Positions 7,744 through 14,899 of a DNA stretch of 52,246 bases are shown here, one piece after another. A program made the position numbers and the translations under genes. Source of the stretch: a virus. Every line of letters starts with the position of its first letter. The first letter of the stretch is position 1. Where the stretch lies: IMG/VR virus record IMGVR_UViG_3300038428_000302; one strand, written 5' to 3'. The notes under the pieces were generated by a model. The model saw only the letters and a program-made list of their open reading frames with translations, was not told the DNA's origin and ran no database searches.

Positions 7744-7899
7744 TTAGCTCCGCACGTTAGCCCGCTTAGATTCTCTCCGTTCGCGGGACTTTCCATTTTT
7801 CGACTTCATCTCGGATTCCCAAAAGTTCACATAGCCCTTGGGTGGGTGACAGTCTTTCTTGCCGGGAAATCTCATCGGGCGTATTCCCATCCGTTTCAT
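7744..7899 (-). CDS. Micro-ORF, 51-aa basic protein (MKRMGIRPMRFPGKKDCHPPKGYVNFWE...)
   Basis: The in-frame ATG at 7899 forms an ATGA overlap with the stop of 7896..8132. It fills the gap before 7722. The longer track ORF 7744..8061 overlaps the neighbouring gene. Confidence 0.3.
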   Translation of the reverse strand: MKRMGIRPMRFPGKKDCHPPKGYVNFWESEMKSKNGKSRERRESKRANVRS

Positions 7900-8132
7900 A
7901 TTCTTATCCATTCGGGAGTTTCTTGCGCTCTCCATGCGGTGTTGTAACTTTCGAGCAGTCTTTGCTTGTGGTGGTCGCACAGCTTCCATCGTCCATTTTG
8001 CCATTGCCATTGTGCGGGTTCTCCACACGTTTGATGGTCTTGCCATCGGCCAATCATCCACTCACAGTGCGAGCTAACAAAACGCTGCACCGCAACAGCC
8101 GGTGTTCCCGTCCGTTCAATGTCGCTTTTCAT
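7896..8132 (-). CDS. Small hypothetical protein (78 aa)
   Basis: Start moved to the ATG at 8132 (MKSDIERTGTPAVAVQRFV...), preceded by AAGGAATCGA. The sequence around this start resembles the start of 7050..7364. Confidence 0.45.
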   Translation of the reverse strand: MKSDIERTGTPAVAVQRFVSSHCEWMIGRWQDHQTCGEPAQWQWQNGRWKLCDHHKQRLLESYNTAWRAQETPEWIRI

Positions 8133-8418
8133 TCGATTCCTTCGGTTGCGCTCCACCACTGCCGCCACCGGCTGTGGGTGAGCTTGATTCGTTCGGCGAA
8201 AGGCTGCGAATAATGGCAAGTTTTGCATCATCCTCGCTCCACCACACGCCGCGCTCGTCCCATATCGGTGTCCACGTTCCGTCTTCTCTCAGCCACGGCC
8301 CATCACCAGCAAGTTCGATGATGTATCCAGTGTGGAGCACTTTCGCCGAACAAGTTGCTGGAGGCGACGTGATTGCGCCTTCAGATTTGCCGAGAACATT
8401 TTGGTTTGCGGTCGTCAT
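8116..8418 (-). CDS. Hypothetical protein (100 aa)
   Basis: ORF with an ATGA overlap to 8415..8711. Trp-rich core (DGTWTPIWDERGVWWSEDD). Confidence 0.5.
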   Translation of the reverse strand: MTTANQNVLGKSEGAITSPPATCSAKVLHTGYIIELAGDGPWLREDGTWTPIWDERGVWWSEDDAKLAIIRSLSPNESSSPTAGGGSGGAQPKESNEKRH

Positions 8419-8711
8419 TTTGCACGCGCCTCAACGCCATCGTTAGGCGGCGGCGAGACCCGCTTCTTGCGGTGGCGCTTTTTGATGGCACTGATGCCAC
8501 AGATGTCCATGTATCCGAAGTCTATCTCGGTATCGCCGATGAGCACTTTATGAGGTTCTTTACTTTTGGGTTTGCGGCTACTGGTGATGTTGAACGTGTG
8601 GTAGTATTCGCCACTCCCCAGATCGATTTCCCATTTTCGCCGCCGAACAACGCGCTGCACCGCAATTGGAGGCTGCCGTTCAGCATTTGTTGCAGTTAGA
8701 AATTTAGTCAT
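8415..8711 (-). CDS. Hypothetical protein (98 aa)
   Basis: The N-terminus ..ERQPPIAVQRVVRR shares the AVQR motif. ATGA overlaps at both ends. Confidence 0.5.
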   Translation of the reverse strand: MTKFLTATNAERQPPIAVQRVVRRRKWEIDLGSGEYYHTFNITSSRKPKSKEPHKVLIGDTEIDFGYMDICGISAIKKRHRKKRVSPPPNDGVEARAK

Positions 8712-8794
8712 ATTTTTTTTAATAGAAAAACGGCCAGTATGATCAGCGCGAAGCTCGCGGACACTAGGAAAATTATGGCGGCAAAGGTTAGCAT
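8708..8794 (-). CDS. Micro-ORF, 28-aa hydrophobic peptide (MLTFAAIIFLVSASFALIILAVFLLKKI)
   Basis: Hand-translated. Its ATG overlaps the last codons of the RusA-like gene (TTATGCTAA) and its TGA overlaps the ATG of 8415..8711. Forms a single predicted TM helix. Confidence 0.35.
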   Translation of the reverse strand: MLTFAAIIFLVSASFALIILAVFLLKKI

Positions 8795-9165
8795 AATCTT
8801 TCCACTGTTACAACAACACCTTCGCGCCCCTCCGTTTTGATTTGTTGATATTGCCATCGCACTGCCAAGCTGCCGTCGTCAATGCCGAGAGTTTTTGCAA
8901 TTCCATCCCGAAGCGGTTTGAGCGACCCGATATGGTTGTCTTCATCCAGCAGACGCTTCCGGTGGGAAAGAAGGGTGATGATGAATTCCACGCCAGCCTT
9001 GCCGCTTTTGCGTTTCGCATCGGGACTGACCAATGCGCGTGCAGCAGCCGGTTTGGGCTGACTGGTTTCCAATCCACCCACTTGACGCCGATGGGGATTC
9101 TGTTCCTGATCCGCTCGGAGTATTTTCTCTCGCAATTTGTTGTCATGGATATCAGACAGTTTCAT
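8788..9165 (-). CDS. rusA: RusA-like Holliday-junction resolvase (125 aa)
   Basis: LLDEDNHIGSLKPLRDGIAKTLGIDDGS fits the RusA pattern D-x-D-N-x-x-K-x-x-x-D-x-x-x-x-x-x-x-x-DD. Size and phage replication/recombination context also fit. Confidence 0.55.
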   Translation of the reverse strand: MKLSDIHDNKLREKILRADQEQNPHRRQVGGLETSQPKPAAARALVSPDAKRKSGKAGVEFIITLLSHRKRLLDEDNHIGSLKPLRDGIAKTLGIDDGSLAVRWQYQQIKTEGREGVVVTVERLC

Positions 9166-9319
9166 TTAACTCCACAGGTTTTTGCCACTCAACCGTGCGT
9201 TTCTTGCACCGTGGACATTTCGCCGGAGATTCGGTGTCATCGTCCAACTCGACGATGCGATCACAGTGGCCACAGTAATAAAAGCCTTCCCGGATTAAAG
9301 TGAAAAGTGAATGGGTCAT
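9152..9319 (-). CDS. Micro-ORF, 55-aa zinc-ribbon protein (CGHC ... CPRC)
   Basis: Hand-translated as MTHSLFTLIREGFYYCGHCDRIVELDDDTESPAKCPRCKKRTVEWQKPVELNETV. ATGA overlap with the stop of 9316..9525. Overlaps the start of the RusA-like gene by 14 nt. Confidence 0.5.
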   Translation of the reverse strand: MTHSLFTLIREGFYYCGHCDRIVELDDDTESPAKCPRCKKRTVEWQKPVELNETV

Positions 9320-9525
9320 GTTTGCTCCACAATTCCGTCATCAGGATAAAACCGATTGCGCGACAAATAATCTGGCAACGCTTCGGTCTGCCCCAAGTGA
9401 TAGCCACCAAAGCTGGCCAACACGTCATCAAACGTCATCTCGCGTCCCCACTTCTCGCGGAACAGCCTGTTGCGCTCGCGGCAGTCGGATTCAAATTGCT
9501 CTTCGGTGTATTCGTGTGCGCTCAT
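9316..9525 (-). CDS. Hypothetical protein (69 aa)
   Basis: ORF coupled by 4-nt overlaps on both sides. Confidence 0.5.
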   Translation of the reverse strand: MSAHEYTEEQFESDCRERNRLFREKWGREMTFDDVLASFGGYHLGQTEALPDYLSRNRFYPDDGIVEQT

Positions 9526-10535
9526 ACGTCAATCGCTTTTTGTGCCTGCGGCAACCTCACGCCGGACAAGTGTTCATGCACGGCCTTGATACCGTGAATC
9601 TCCCGGCCTTCATTCAGAGCGGCTTTGATGTCGGCCAGCCGGGGTTTGATGTCCACCAAGTCGGGATGATATTTGGCCAGCACGAAAGGCTGTTCCACGG
9701 TGATAACCCAGTTGGACTGTTGGCGTTGCCCAAAGACCTTCGTAATCTCGACGGGCTTGGCGGCGCAATAGGCGGCGTCACCGGCCTTTTCCTCCACGGC
9801 GGCGGTCTGGGCGGCGGCTTCCTCGGCTTGCCGCCTCAATTCCGCTTGCTGTTTCTCACGCTCCACCTTTGCGGCCTGTTCCAAGCGCATTGTCTCGGCG
9901 CGGGCGGCTTCCGCGCGCTTCTGCGCCTCAATGCGGGCTTTCTCGGCGGCTTCGCGCTGCTTTTTGTTCGTGGCTTCGCGGGCGAGCTTCTCGGCGGCTT
10001 CGCGTTCCTCGCGTTCCTTCCGGGCGGCGGCTTCCTGTGCTTCCCTAACCTTCCGGGCGACTTCCTCTTGAATCCGGCGCGCTTCGGCCTCACGTGCAGC
10101 CTGCTCGTCAGCAATCCGCTTTAGCTCAGCCTGCTTCTCACGCTCGATGCGCTCCAATTCCAATCGCTGCAACCGTTCTTCTTCCAAGACGCGACGGCGT
10201 TCGGCATTGTCAAACTCCGTGACGGCGGCAGACACACGCCCAAACTCCTGTTCAAGTAACAGGCTTTCTTGGGCGCAAAGATTGTCCAACTGGCGACCGG
10301 CGTTCAGCAATGGCTCTTTGAATGTCTTGCGGTCGCGCTCAATGGCGGCAATGACGACCTTCAAAGCCTTCTGCGCTCGAACGGCAATGATTTTTGAATC
10401 GCGGTCACTGACCTTTCCAATCAATGCGGCTTGCTCAAGTGCTTGTGACTTGGCCAGTTTCGCCGCCTCGTTGAATTGGAACGGCGGCAGGACCTGACCT
10501 TCGATTCGGATTAGAGATGTTTGGCGTTCGTTCAT
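9522..10535 (-). CDS. Coiled-coil protein (337 aa) of the recombination module
   Basis: Start set at the ATG at 10535 (ATGA overlap with the exonuclease stop). Contains a roughly 130-residue E/A/R/K-rich coiled-coil core (ERLQRLELERIEREKQAELKR...). Function unknown. Confidence 0.6.
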   Translation of the reverse strand: MNERQTSLIRIEGQVLPPFQFNEAAKLAKSQALEQAALIGKVSDRDSKIIAVRAQKALKVVIAAIERDRKTFKEPLLNAGRQLDNLCAQESLLLEQEFGRVSAAVTEFDNAERRRVLEEERLQRLELERIEREKQAELKRIADEQAAREAEARRIQEEVARKVREAQEAAARKEREEREAAEKLAREATNKKQREAAEKARIEAQKRAEAARAETMRLEQAAKVEREKQQAELRRQAEEAAAQTAAVEEKAGDAAYCAAKPVEITKVFGQRQQSNWVITVEQPFVLAKYHPDLVDIKPRLADIKAALNEGREIHGIKAVHEHLSGVRLPQAQKAIDV

Positions 10536-11122
10536 ATTGGTTTGGCGGTTTGTTTTTTGAGCCAGAAGTAAATCTCCTTGCACGCCCGCAGGTCCGCCAT
10601 TGCGTCATGCGCTCCTGTGAATGGCTTCCCAAAAGCGGTTTGATAGGCTTCCTGCAAATTCGGCCATTTGAATTTGCCCTCAAACTTCCCCGGCAATTTG
10701 CAGATGTTGGTCATCTCGCGCATGGTGCAAAACGTCGGAAATGTTTTCCACCACTGGTCGTCCGCGTCGGTGATAAGCTCGTAACGGCGCATAGCAATAC
10801 GGGCGATGAACTTGTCGAATTGAAGATTGTGCGCCACCAGCAGGCCGGCCTTTTTCAGCATGGCAAGGAAAGTTTCGGCCACCTGTTTTTCTGGCAATCC
10901 GAATTGCAGGGAGATGGCCTGCGTGATGCCATGAACGTCGCTGGCTTCTTTAGGAACTTCCCACCCGTCCGGCTTCACGATGATATTGTGTTCCTCGCGC
11001 GCTCGGCCATCATCGTCCGTCAGAATGGCGGCGAGTTGGACAATGTGCGGTTGCGCCGGGTCACGGGCGCGAAGGTTGAAATCGGCTAGGCCAGTTGTTT
11101 CCGTATCGAGGAATAGAATCAT
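10532..11122 (-). CDS. DEDDh (DnaQ-like) 3'-5' exonuclease (196 aa)
   Basis: Exo I LFLDTETTG, Exo II LVAHNLQFD, Exo III GAHDAMADLRA (H-x4-D). Confidence 0.9.
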   Translation of the reverse strand: MILFLDTETTGLADFNLRARDPAQPHIVQLAAILTDDDGRAREEHNIIVKPDGWEVPKEASDVHGITQAISLQFGLPEKQVAETFLAMLKKAGLLVAHNLQFDKFIARIAMRRYELITDADDQWWKTFPTFCTMREMTNICKLPGKFEGKFKWPNLQEAYQTAFGKPFTGAHDAMADLRACKEIYFWLKKQTAKPI

Positions 11123-11127
11123 AATTT

Positions 11128-11340
11128 TTAAGAGTGGCTCATGGTTGTTTTTATTTCCTTATCGCAGATGTCCTTCATGCGAAGATTTAGGTTTCTCAAA
11201 GTTTCGACTGAATCTGGAAAGTAAACTCCACCGCCAGCCTTAAATCCATCCATCCAGCAAAGAACGTCAGATAAAGCGTCGGAATAATTTTCAGCCTCTT
11301 TTTCAGTGATTGGTTTGGACATAAATTGTTTGGCAGACAT
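11128..11340 (-). CDS. Hypothetical protein (70 aa)
   Basis: ORF between the RecT and exonuclease genes on the same strand. Confidence 0.5.
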   Translation of the reverse strand: MSAKQFMSKPITEKEAENYSDALSDVLCWMDGFKAGGGVYFPDSVETLRNLNLRMKDICDKEIKTTMSHS

Positions 11341-11385
11341 TATCCGGTCTGCCAGCGGTAGCGGTGCCTCGGTTCAGGTGTGTTG

Positions 11386-12258
11386 TTACTTTTTTACCAG
11401 TTCAAGCCCTTTGAGCAATCCGGCCTGCGCTCTAAGTAATCGTTTGCAGACATCGGTCGGCACTTCGGCAAAGCCCGTCATCGCGCTTGCGTCCGGGATG
11501 TTGCCCGATTCTTCACCAAACTTTTGAAGGGTGTTGAACGTGTGACCGTTCGTGACGCACAGTGTTTCAAGCTCGGCTTGTGGTGAACCGGCTTTGGTCT
11601 TGCCCGGTTCGGTTGGCGCAAGGCCGCCATCATCAGTGGCTGGCTTTGACGCTTCCTCGGCTTTGGGCGCGGCAATCTTCTTCAACGGTTCGGCAGGCAT
11701 CGGCGACACAGTTGCTGTAACATCAATGACTTCTTCCTCGTGCTGGATGCCGGAGAATCCGAACGCGACACGCGACGCTTGGCACAATGTCCGGTTGCGC
11801 AGCATACGGTGGGGCATATTGTTCCATGGGTCGGTGTTCTTCTTACACTCGACCATGTATTCGGTGATGACGACCGGGTGCGAGCGGTTCTTAACATGAA
11901 TTGTCGCCGTGCAGGATACAAGCTCGCCCTGCTCAGTCTCAGCAAAAGCAAACTCAATACCGTCGAACATTGGCTCGCGCACCAACATTTTGTTCCAGCC
12001 GTCCACCGACACGATGGGAACGATGCCGCCGCCCTTCGCGGGGAACGCATAAAGCTCTTTCAAAAATGGGTTCAAGCCATACTCATTGGCGACCACGACG
12101 AGGGCAAGGAGTTCCTCGTTTGTGGCTTTTTGGAATACAGTTGATTTTAAGGTGTCGTAAAGTTTGGCTGGCTCGACTGAAAGCCGGGAAGCCATGAGGT
12201 TGATCGCCGACGGCTTAGCGGTTACTAATGCCGTGGTGGGTTTTATTGTAGTTGTCAT
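11386..12258 (-). CDS. recT: RecT-family single-strand annealing protein (290 aa)
   Basis: Characteristic RecT core: LLALVVVANEYGLNPFLKELYAFPAKGGGIVPIVSVDGWNKM ... ITEYMVEC ... PWNNMPHRMLRNRTLCQASRVAFG. Confidence 0.9.
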   Translation of the reverse strand: MTTTIKPTTALVTAKPSAINLMASRLSVEPAKLYDTLKSTVFQKATNEELLALVVVANEYGLNPFLKELYAFPAKGGGIVPIVSVDGWNKMLVREPMFDGIEFAFAETEQGELVSCTATIHVKNRSHPVVITEYMVECKKNTDPWNNMPHRMLRNRTLCQASRVAFGFSGIQHEEEVIDVTATVSPMPAEPLKKIAAPKAEEASKPATDDGGLAPTEPGKTKAGSPQAELETLCVTNGHTFNTLQKFGEESGNIPDASAMTGFAEVPTDVCKRLLRAQAGLLKGLELVKK

Positions 12259-12479
12259 ATTTCCTTTTCAGTTTTTGTTTTTGGTTGATTATTTTTTGTT
12301 CCGATTTCGAAAATTTTGCTCGCCCAGAATTGGCGCGGTGTTTTGCTTGGCGGAACTGTTACCCATGCGCGGCCTCCAAGCTGTTTCCTAACCCGTTGGA
12401 GAATTCCGATCAAGAGCAATCCTTTGTAATCAACCATGACTTTTTTGCCACAAAGACTTTGAAGTTTTTCGATAGTCAT
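12255..12479 (-). CDS. Hypothetical protein (74 aa)
   Basis: ATGA overlap with the recT start. A sigma70-like promoter lies directly upstream. Confidence 0.5.
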   Translation of the reverse strand: MTIEKLQSLCGKKVMVDYKGLLLIGILQRVRKQLGGRAWVTVPPSKTPRQFWASKIFEIGTKNNQPKTKTEKEI

Positions 12480-12485
12480 AAACGC

Positions 12486-12513
12486 ATTGTATGTTATAAC
12501 GTGTTGGATGCAA
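12486..12513 (-). promoter_or_regulatory. Sigma70-like promoter TTGCAT-N16-TACAAT, 6 nt upstream of the ATG at 12479
   Basis: Hexamers read on the minus strand (plus-strand attgta at 12486-12491, atgcaa at 12508-12513). The geometry implies a leaderless or near-leaderless transcript. Confidence 0.35.
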
Positions 12514-12555
12514 TAAAAATCTTCATTTATTTTCGTCCTCTTTACCCTTTCCCCT

Positions 12556-12765
12556 TCAACGCCTTGCGCTTCCTGTGTTAAATTCTTGACTGGTTAAATG
12601 ATAGTGCGGCGCAAAGGGGCATGGATAATATCGCCGTAGCGATCCGGGATGCGCGTTCAAAAACTCTTGAGCGGATTCGGGTGACTTAAAAATCGCCTTC
12701 CCGCTTGCACCACAAATCGGAACGCGATTAGCCTTTTGCTCCATGCGATATTTTTTCTCGCTCAT
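12556..12765 (-). CDS. Hypothetical protein (69 aa)
   Basis: ORF with an ATGA overlap to the Pol X-like gene stop. Its first 15 nt (ATGAGCGAGAAAAAA) are identical to the first 15 nt of that gene. Confidence 0.5.
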   Translation of the reverse strand: MSEKKYRMEQKANRVPICGASGKAIFKSPESAQEFLNAHPGSLRRYYPCPFAPHYHLTSQEFNTGSARR

Positions 12766-13325
12766 CGTTGTTCAGGGTTAAGGTATGGCACGCCGCAAAG
12801 CGAAAACACATCCTGCTCGCTGTTCGCCTTTGTCGTCTCGCCAGTTGCTCGGTCAGTCGTTCCGTAGCCGTAGGCGTTCAGTGTGCGGTTGAGTTTGTTC
12901 GCGCCGGTCGTCAGGCGCAGATTAGTTTCTTTGCTACCAGTCCGAATGACGAGCGCAACCCACCATCGTTCTTCACTCGTGGAAAACAGGTCAACAGGGA
13001 TGCCGCTTGCCGTGTGAATTGCCAGCTTGTTCGACTCGCCCCAAGCAAACACACCGTTTTTGTTTTGACGCTTTGAGAAGTAGCCTTCAATTAGCAGCGC
13101 ATCAATCACTTCGCTGGCGACCGAGACAATTCGCGTATCAAAGAAACCGTCAGGACGTGTTGACATTCGCGGAATAAAAAGGATTTCAATGTCGCCCACC
13201 CACGGTTTGCCGCGCCGGATGCTCCCAGCGATGGCAATTCGTTCGCACGACAGCGCGAGTCGGGCGACAATCTCTTGGGCGACTTGCAAAGCAGTGTCAC
13301 GAGGCCATTGTTTTTTCTCGCTCAT
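12762..13325 (-). CDS. Minimal DNA polymerase X-family (Pol beta-like) nucleotidyltransferase (187 aa)
   Basis: Start set at the ATG at 13325 (MSEKKQW...), 1 nt after the upstream stop. Palm motif AGSIRRGKPWVGDIEILF (GS-x-RRGK ... D-x-E), third acidic motif IPVDLF, thumb-like IRTGSKETNLRL...ANKLNRTLNAYGY. Confidence 0.7.
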   Translation of the reverse strand: MSEKKQWPRDTALQVAQEIVARLALSCERIAIAGSIRRGKPWVGDIEILFIPRMSTRPDGFFDTRIVSVASEVIDALLIEGYFSKRQNKNGVFAWGESNKLAIHTASGIPVDLFSTSEERWWVALVIRTGSKETNLRLTTGANKLNRTLNAYGYGTTDRATGETTKANSEQDVFSLCGVPYLNPEQR

Positions 13326-13326
13326 A

Positions 13327-13533
13327 TCACGGTTCGCTCTCAATCCCAGTCGGCATCCGACCGGCCAGCAATAAGTCAAAATCCGAGTTCGTGATTTCTT
13401 GAACCGATACTTGGATGATTCCAGACAGTGTGTCCGTGTTCTCAACGTAAATTTTCACGTTGCCATTGGCGACCGCGCCGATGAGTTTGCCTGATTCGAA
13501 CGTCAGCAGGATTTTGGAATTGTGTGTATTCAT
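13327..13533 (-). CDS. Hypothetical protein (68 aa)
   Basis: ORF tightly abutting the Pol X-like gene. Confidence 0.5.
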   Translation of the reverse strand: MNTHNSKILLTFESGKLIGAVANGNVKIYVENTDTLSGIIQVSVQEITNSDFDLLLAGRMPTGIESEP

Positions 13534-13700
13534 TTTTCCACCAACTGCCTTTTCATTTTGTTTTCCCTTTCGTTGTTCTCAAAACCGTTTTGGCTTTGAA
13601 GTCTGGGCAGCAAAAGCTGGCCACGCGCCACCCGAAAGACCTGCGCCATGACAAGGGCAGGACGAAAGGCGAGCAGCGCGGGCTGGTAAAGGTTGGTCAT
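13530..13700 (-). CDS. Micro-ORF, 56 aa (MTNLYQPALLAFRPALVMAQVFRVARGQLL...)
   Basis: Hand-translated. The ATG lies 3 nt after the stop of 13704..14813 and the TGA overlaps the ATG of 13327..13533 (ATGA). It fills the 170-nt gap exactly. Confidence 0.35.
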   Translation of the reverse strand: MTNLYQPALLAFRPALVMAQVFRVARGQLLLPRLQSQNGFENNERENKMKRQLVEK

Positions 13701-13703
13701 GGA

Positions 13704-14813
13704 TTATTCGGCAATAACGAATTTGCCGCCTTTGAGTTTATACCAAGTGTCAGCTTTGATTTTCTTGCCGTCAACTTTGACTGTTTTGGCGCAAAGCACG
13801 TTGTAATTATCGTCAATCTCCGATAACACAAGCCAGTTGCCAAGTGTGCTTTTGGCTTTTGAGTTTCTGCCGATAGCACAGGCGATGGAGTTTTCGCCGC
13901 TTGTCGCCGAGGGCGAACAGTCGCCGCTTGTCGCCGAGGGCGAATAGTTGCCGCTTGTCGCCGAGGGCGAAGAGTTGCCGCTTGTCGCCGAGTGCGAATA
14001 GTTGCCGCTTGTCGCCGAGTGCGAATAGTAGCCGCTTGTCGCCGAGGGCGAATAGTTGCCGCTTGTCGCCGAGGGCGAAGAGGTGCCGCTTGTCGCCGAG
14101 TGCGAACAGTCGCCGCTTGTCGCCGAGTGCGAACAGTTGCCGCTTGTCGCCGAGTGCGAAGAGTTGCCGCTTGTCGCCGAGTGCGAACAGTTGCCGCTTG
14201 TCGCCGAGTGCGACCAGTCGCCGCTTGTCGCCGAGTGCGAACAGTCGCCGCTTGTCGCCGAGTGCGAACAGTTGCCGCTTGTCGCCGAGGGCGAATAGTT
14301 GCCGCTTGTCGCCGAGGGCGAAGAGTTGCCGCTTGTCGCCGAGTGCGAATAGTTGCCGCTTGTCGCCGAGTGCGAACAGTTGCCGCTTGTCGCCGAGGGC
14401 GAATAGTCGCCGCTTGTCGCCGAGTGCGAACAGTTGCCGCTTGTCGCCGAGGGCGAATAGTCGCCGCTTGTCGCCTTTTTACTTTTACACGCCGAAATCA
14501 AAAACGAGACACCAGCTTGAATAAGCGCGCTCAATGTTATTTTCGCGCCGATTTTTATTTCGGCGCAAACGCGCTTGGTATCGTTTGATTTTTCGCCCGA
14601 TACTTTATCGGCCTTGACTTCGGCAAAGTTTGACTCCGTTGGCGAATAGTATCGAAGCACATCAAGCGGATTTTCGCAGAAATGAAAACCCGACTCACAA
14701 AGTTTAATCTCGCCTTTGTGCGTGTATGTTTTTCCGGCCTCGAACTTGTGACCGTGACAGGTCATGTCGGCATTGAATCCCTTGAATCCTTTTATTTGCG
14801 CTGTTGTTTTCAT
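13704..14813 (-). CDS. Repeat protein (369 aa): conserved N- and C-terminal domains flanking about 22 nonapeptide repeats S-A-T-S-G-x-x-S-(H/P)
   Basis: N-terminus KGFKGFNADMTCHGHKFEAGKTYTH..CESGFHFCENPLDVLRYY and C-terminus ..KVDGKKIKADTWYKLKGGKFV resemble a phage/prophage family of unknown function that carries short Gly/Ser/Ala repeats. This assignment is from memory and has not been searched. Confidence 0.75.
   Translation of the reverse strand: MKTTAQIKGFKGFNADMTCHGHKFEAGKTYTHKGEIKLCESGFHFCENPLDVLRYYSPTESNFAEVKADKVSGEKSNDTKRVCAEIKIGAKITLSALIQAGVSFLISACKSKKATSGDYSPSATSGNCSHSATSGDYSPSATSGNCSHSATSGNYSHSATSGNSSPSATSGNYSPSATSGNCSHSATSGDCSHSATSGDWSHSATSGNCSHSATSGNSSHSATSGNCSHSATSGDCSHSATSGTSSPSATSGNYSPSATSGYYSHSATSGNYSHSATSGNSSPSATSGNYSPSATSGDCSPSATSGENSIACAIGRNSKAKSTLGNWLVLSEIDDNYNVLCAKTVKVDGKKIKADTWYKLKGGKFVIAE
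13896..14475 (-). repeat. 27-nt tandem repeat, about 21.5 copies (unit gccgcttgtcgccgagKgcgaaNagYN)
   Basis: Read directly. In frame in ORF 13704..14813. Variation is confined to a few positions per unit. All three plus-strand frames are also open, as a by-product of the repeat. Confidence 0.95.
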
Positions 14814-14899
14814 TTTGTTCCTTTCGTTTTGCTAGTCAGTCTGCGAGCGACGAAAAATCGCCACTGAACAGAACTGAACCATTCAGCCAAGTTTTGATT

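Noticed and set aside
9300-10124. 274-aa plus-strand ORF overlapping 9316..9525 and 9522..10535
   Set aside because: Its Gly/Leu/Phe/Arg-rich low-complexity product is the antisense shadow of the E/A/K/R coiled-coil gene. The minus-strand genes have coupled starts and sensible sequence.
13896-14475. Possible CRISPR array
   Set aside because: The 27-nt units are contiguous with no spacers, are in frame within a protein-coding gene, and no cas genes or leader are present.
13896-14475. Diversity-generating retroelement targeting of the variable repeat positions
   Set aside because: There is no reverse transcriptase ORF and no template-repeat/variable-repeat pair anywhere in the genome. The variation is better explained by repeat divergence.
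13901-14588. Three long plus-strand ORFs (207, 198 and 80 aa) rich in R/C/S/P, antisense to the repeat protein gene
   Set aside because: They exist only because the 27-nt repeat unit lacks stop codons in all frames. Their products are pure repeats of the unit read out of frame, and they have no independent start context. The minus-strand frame continues into unique conserved N- and C-terminal domains.
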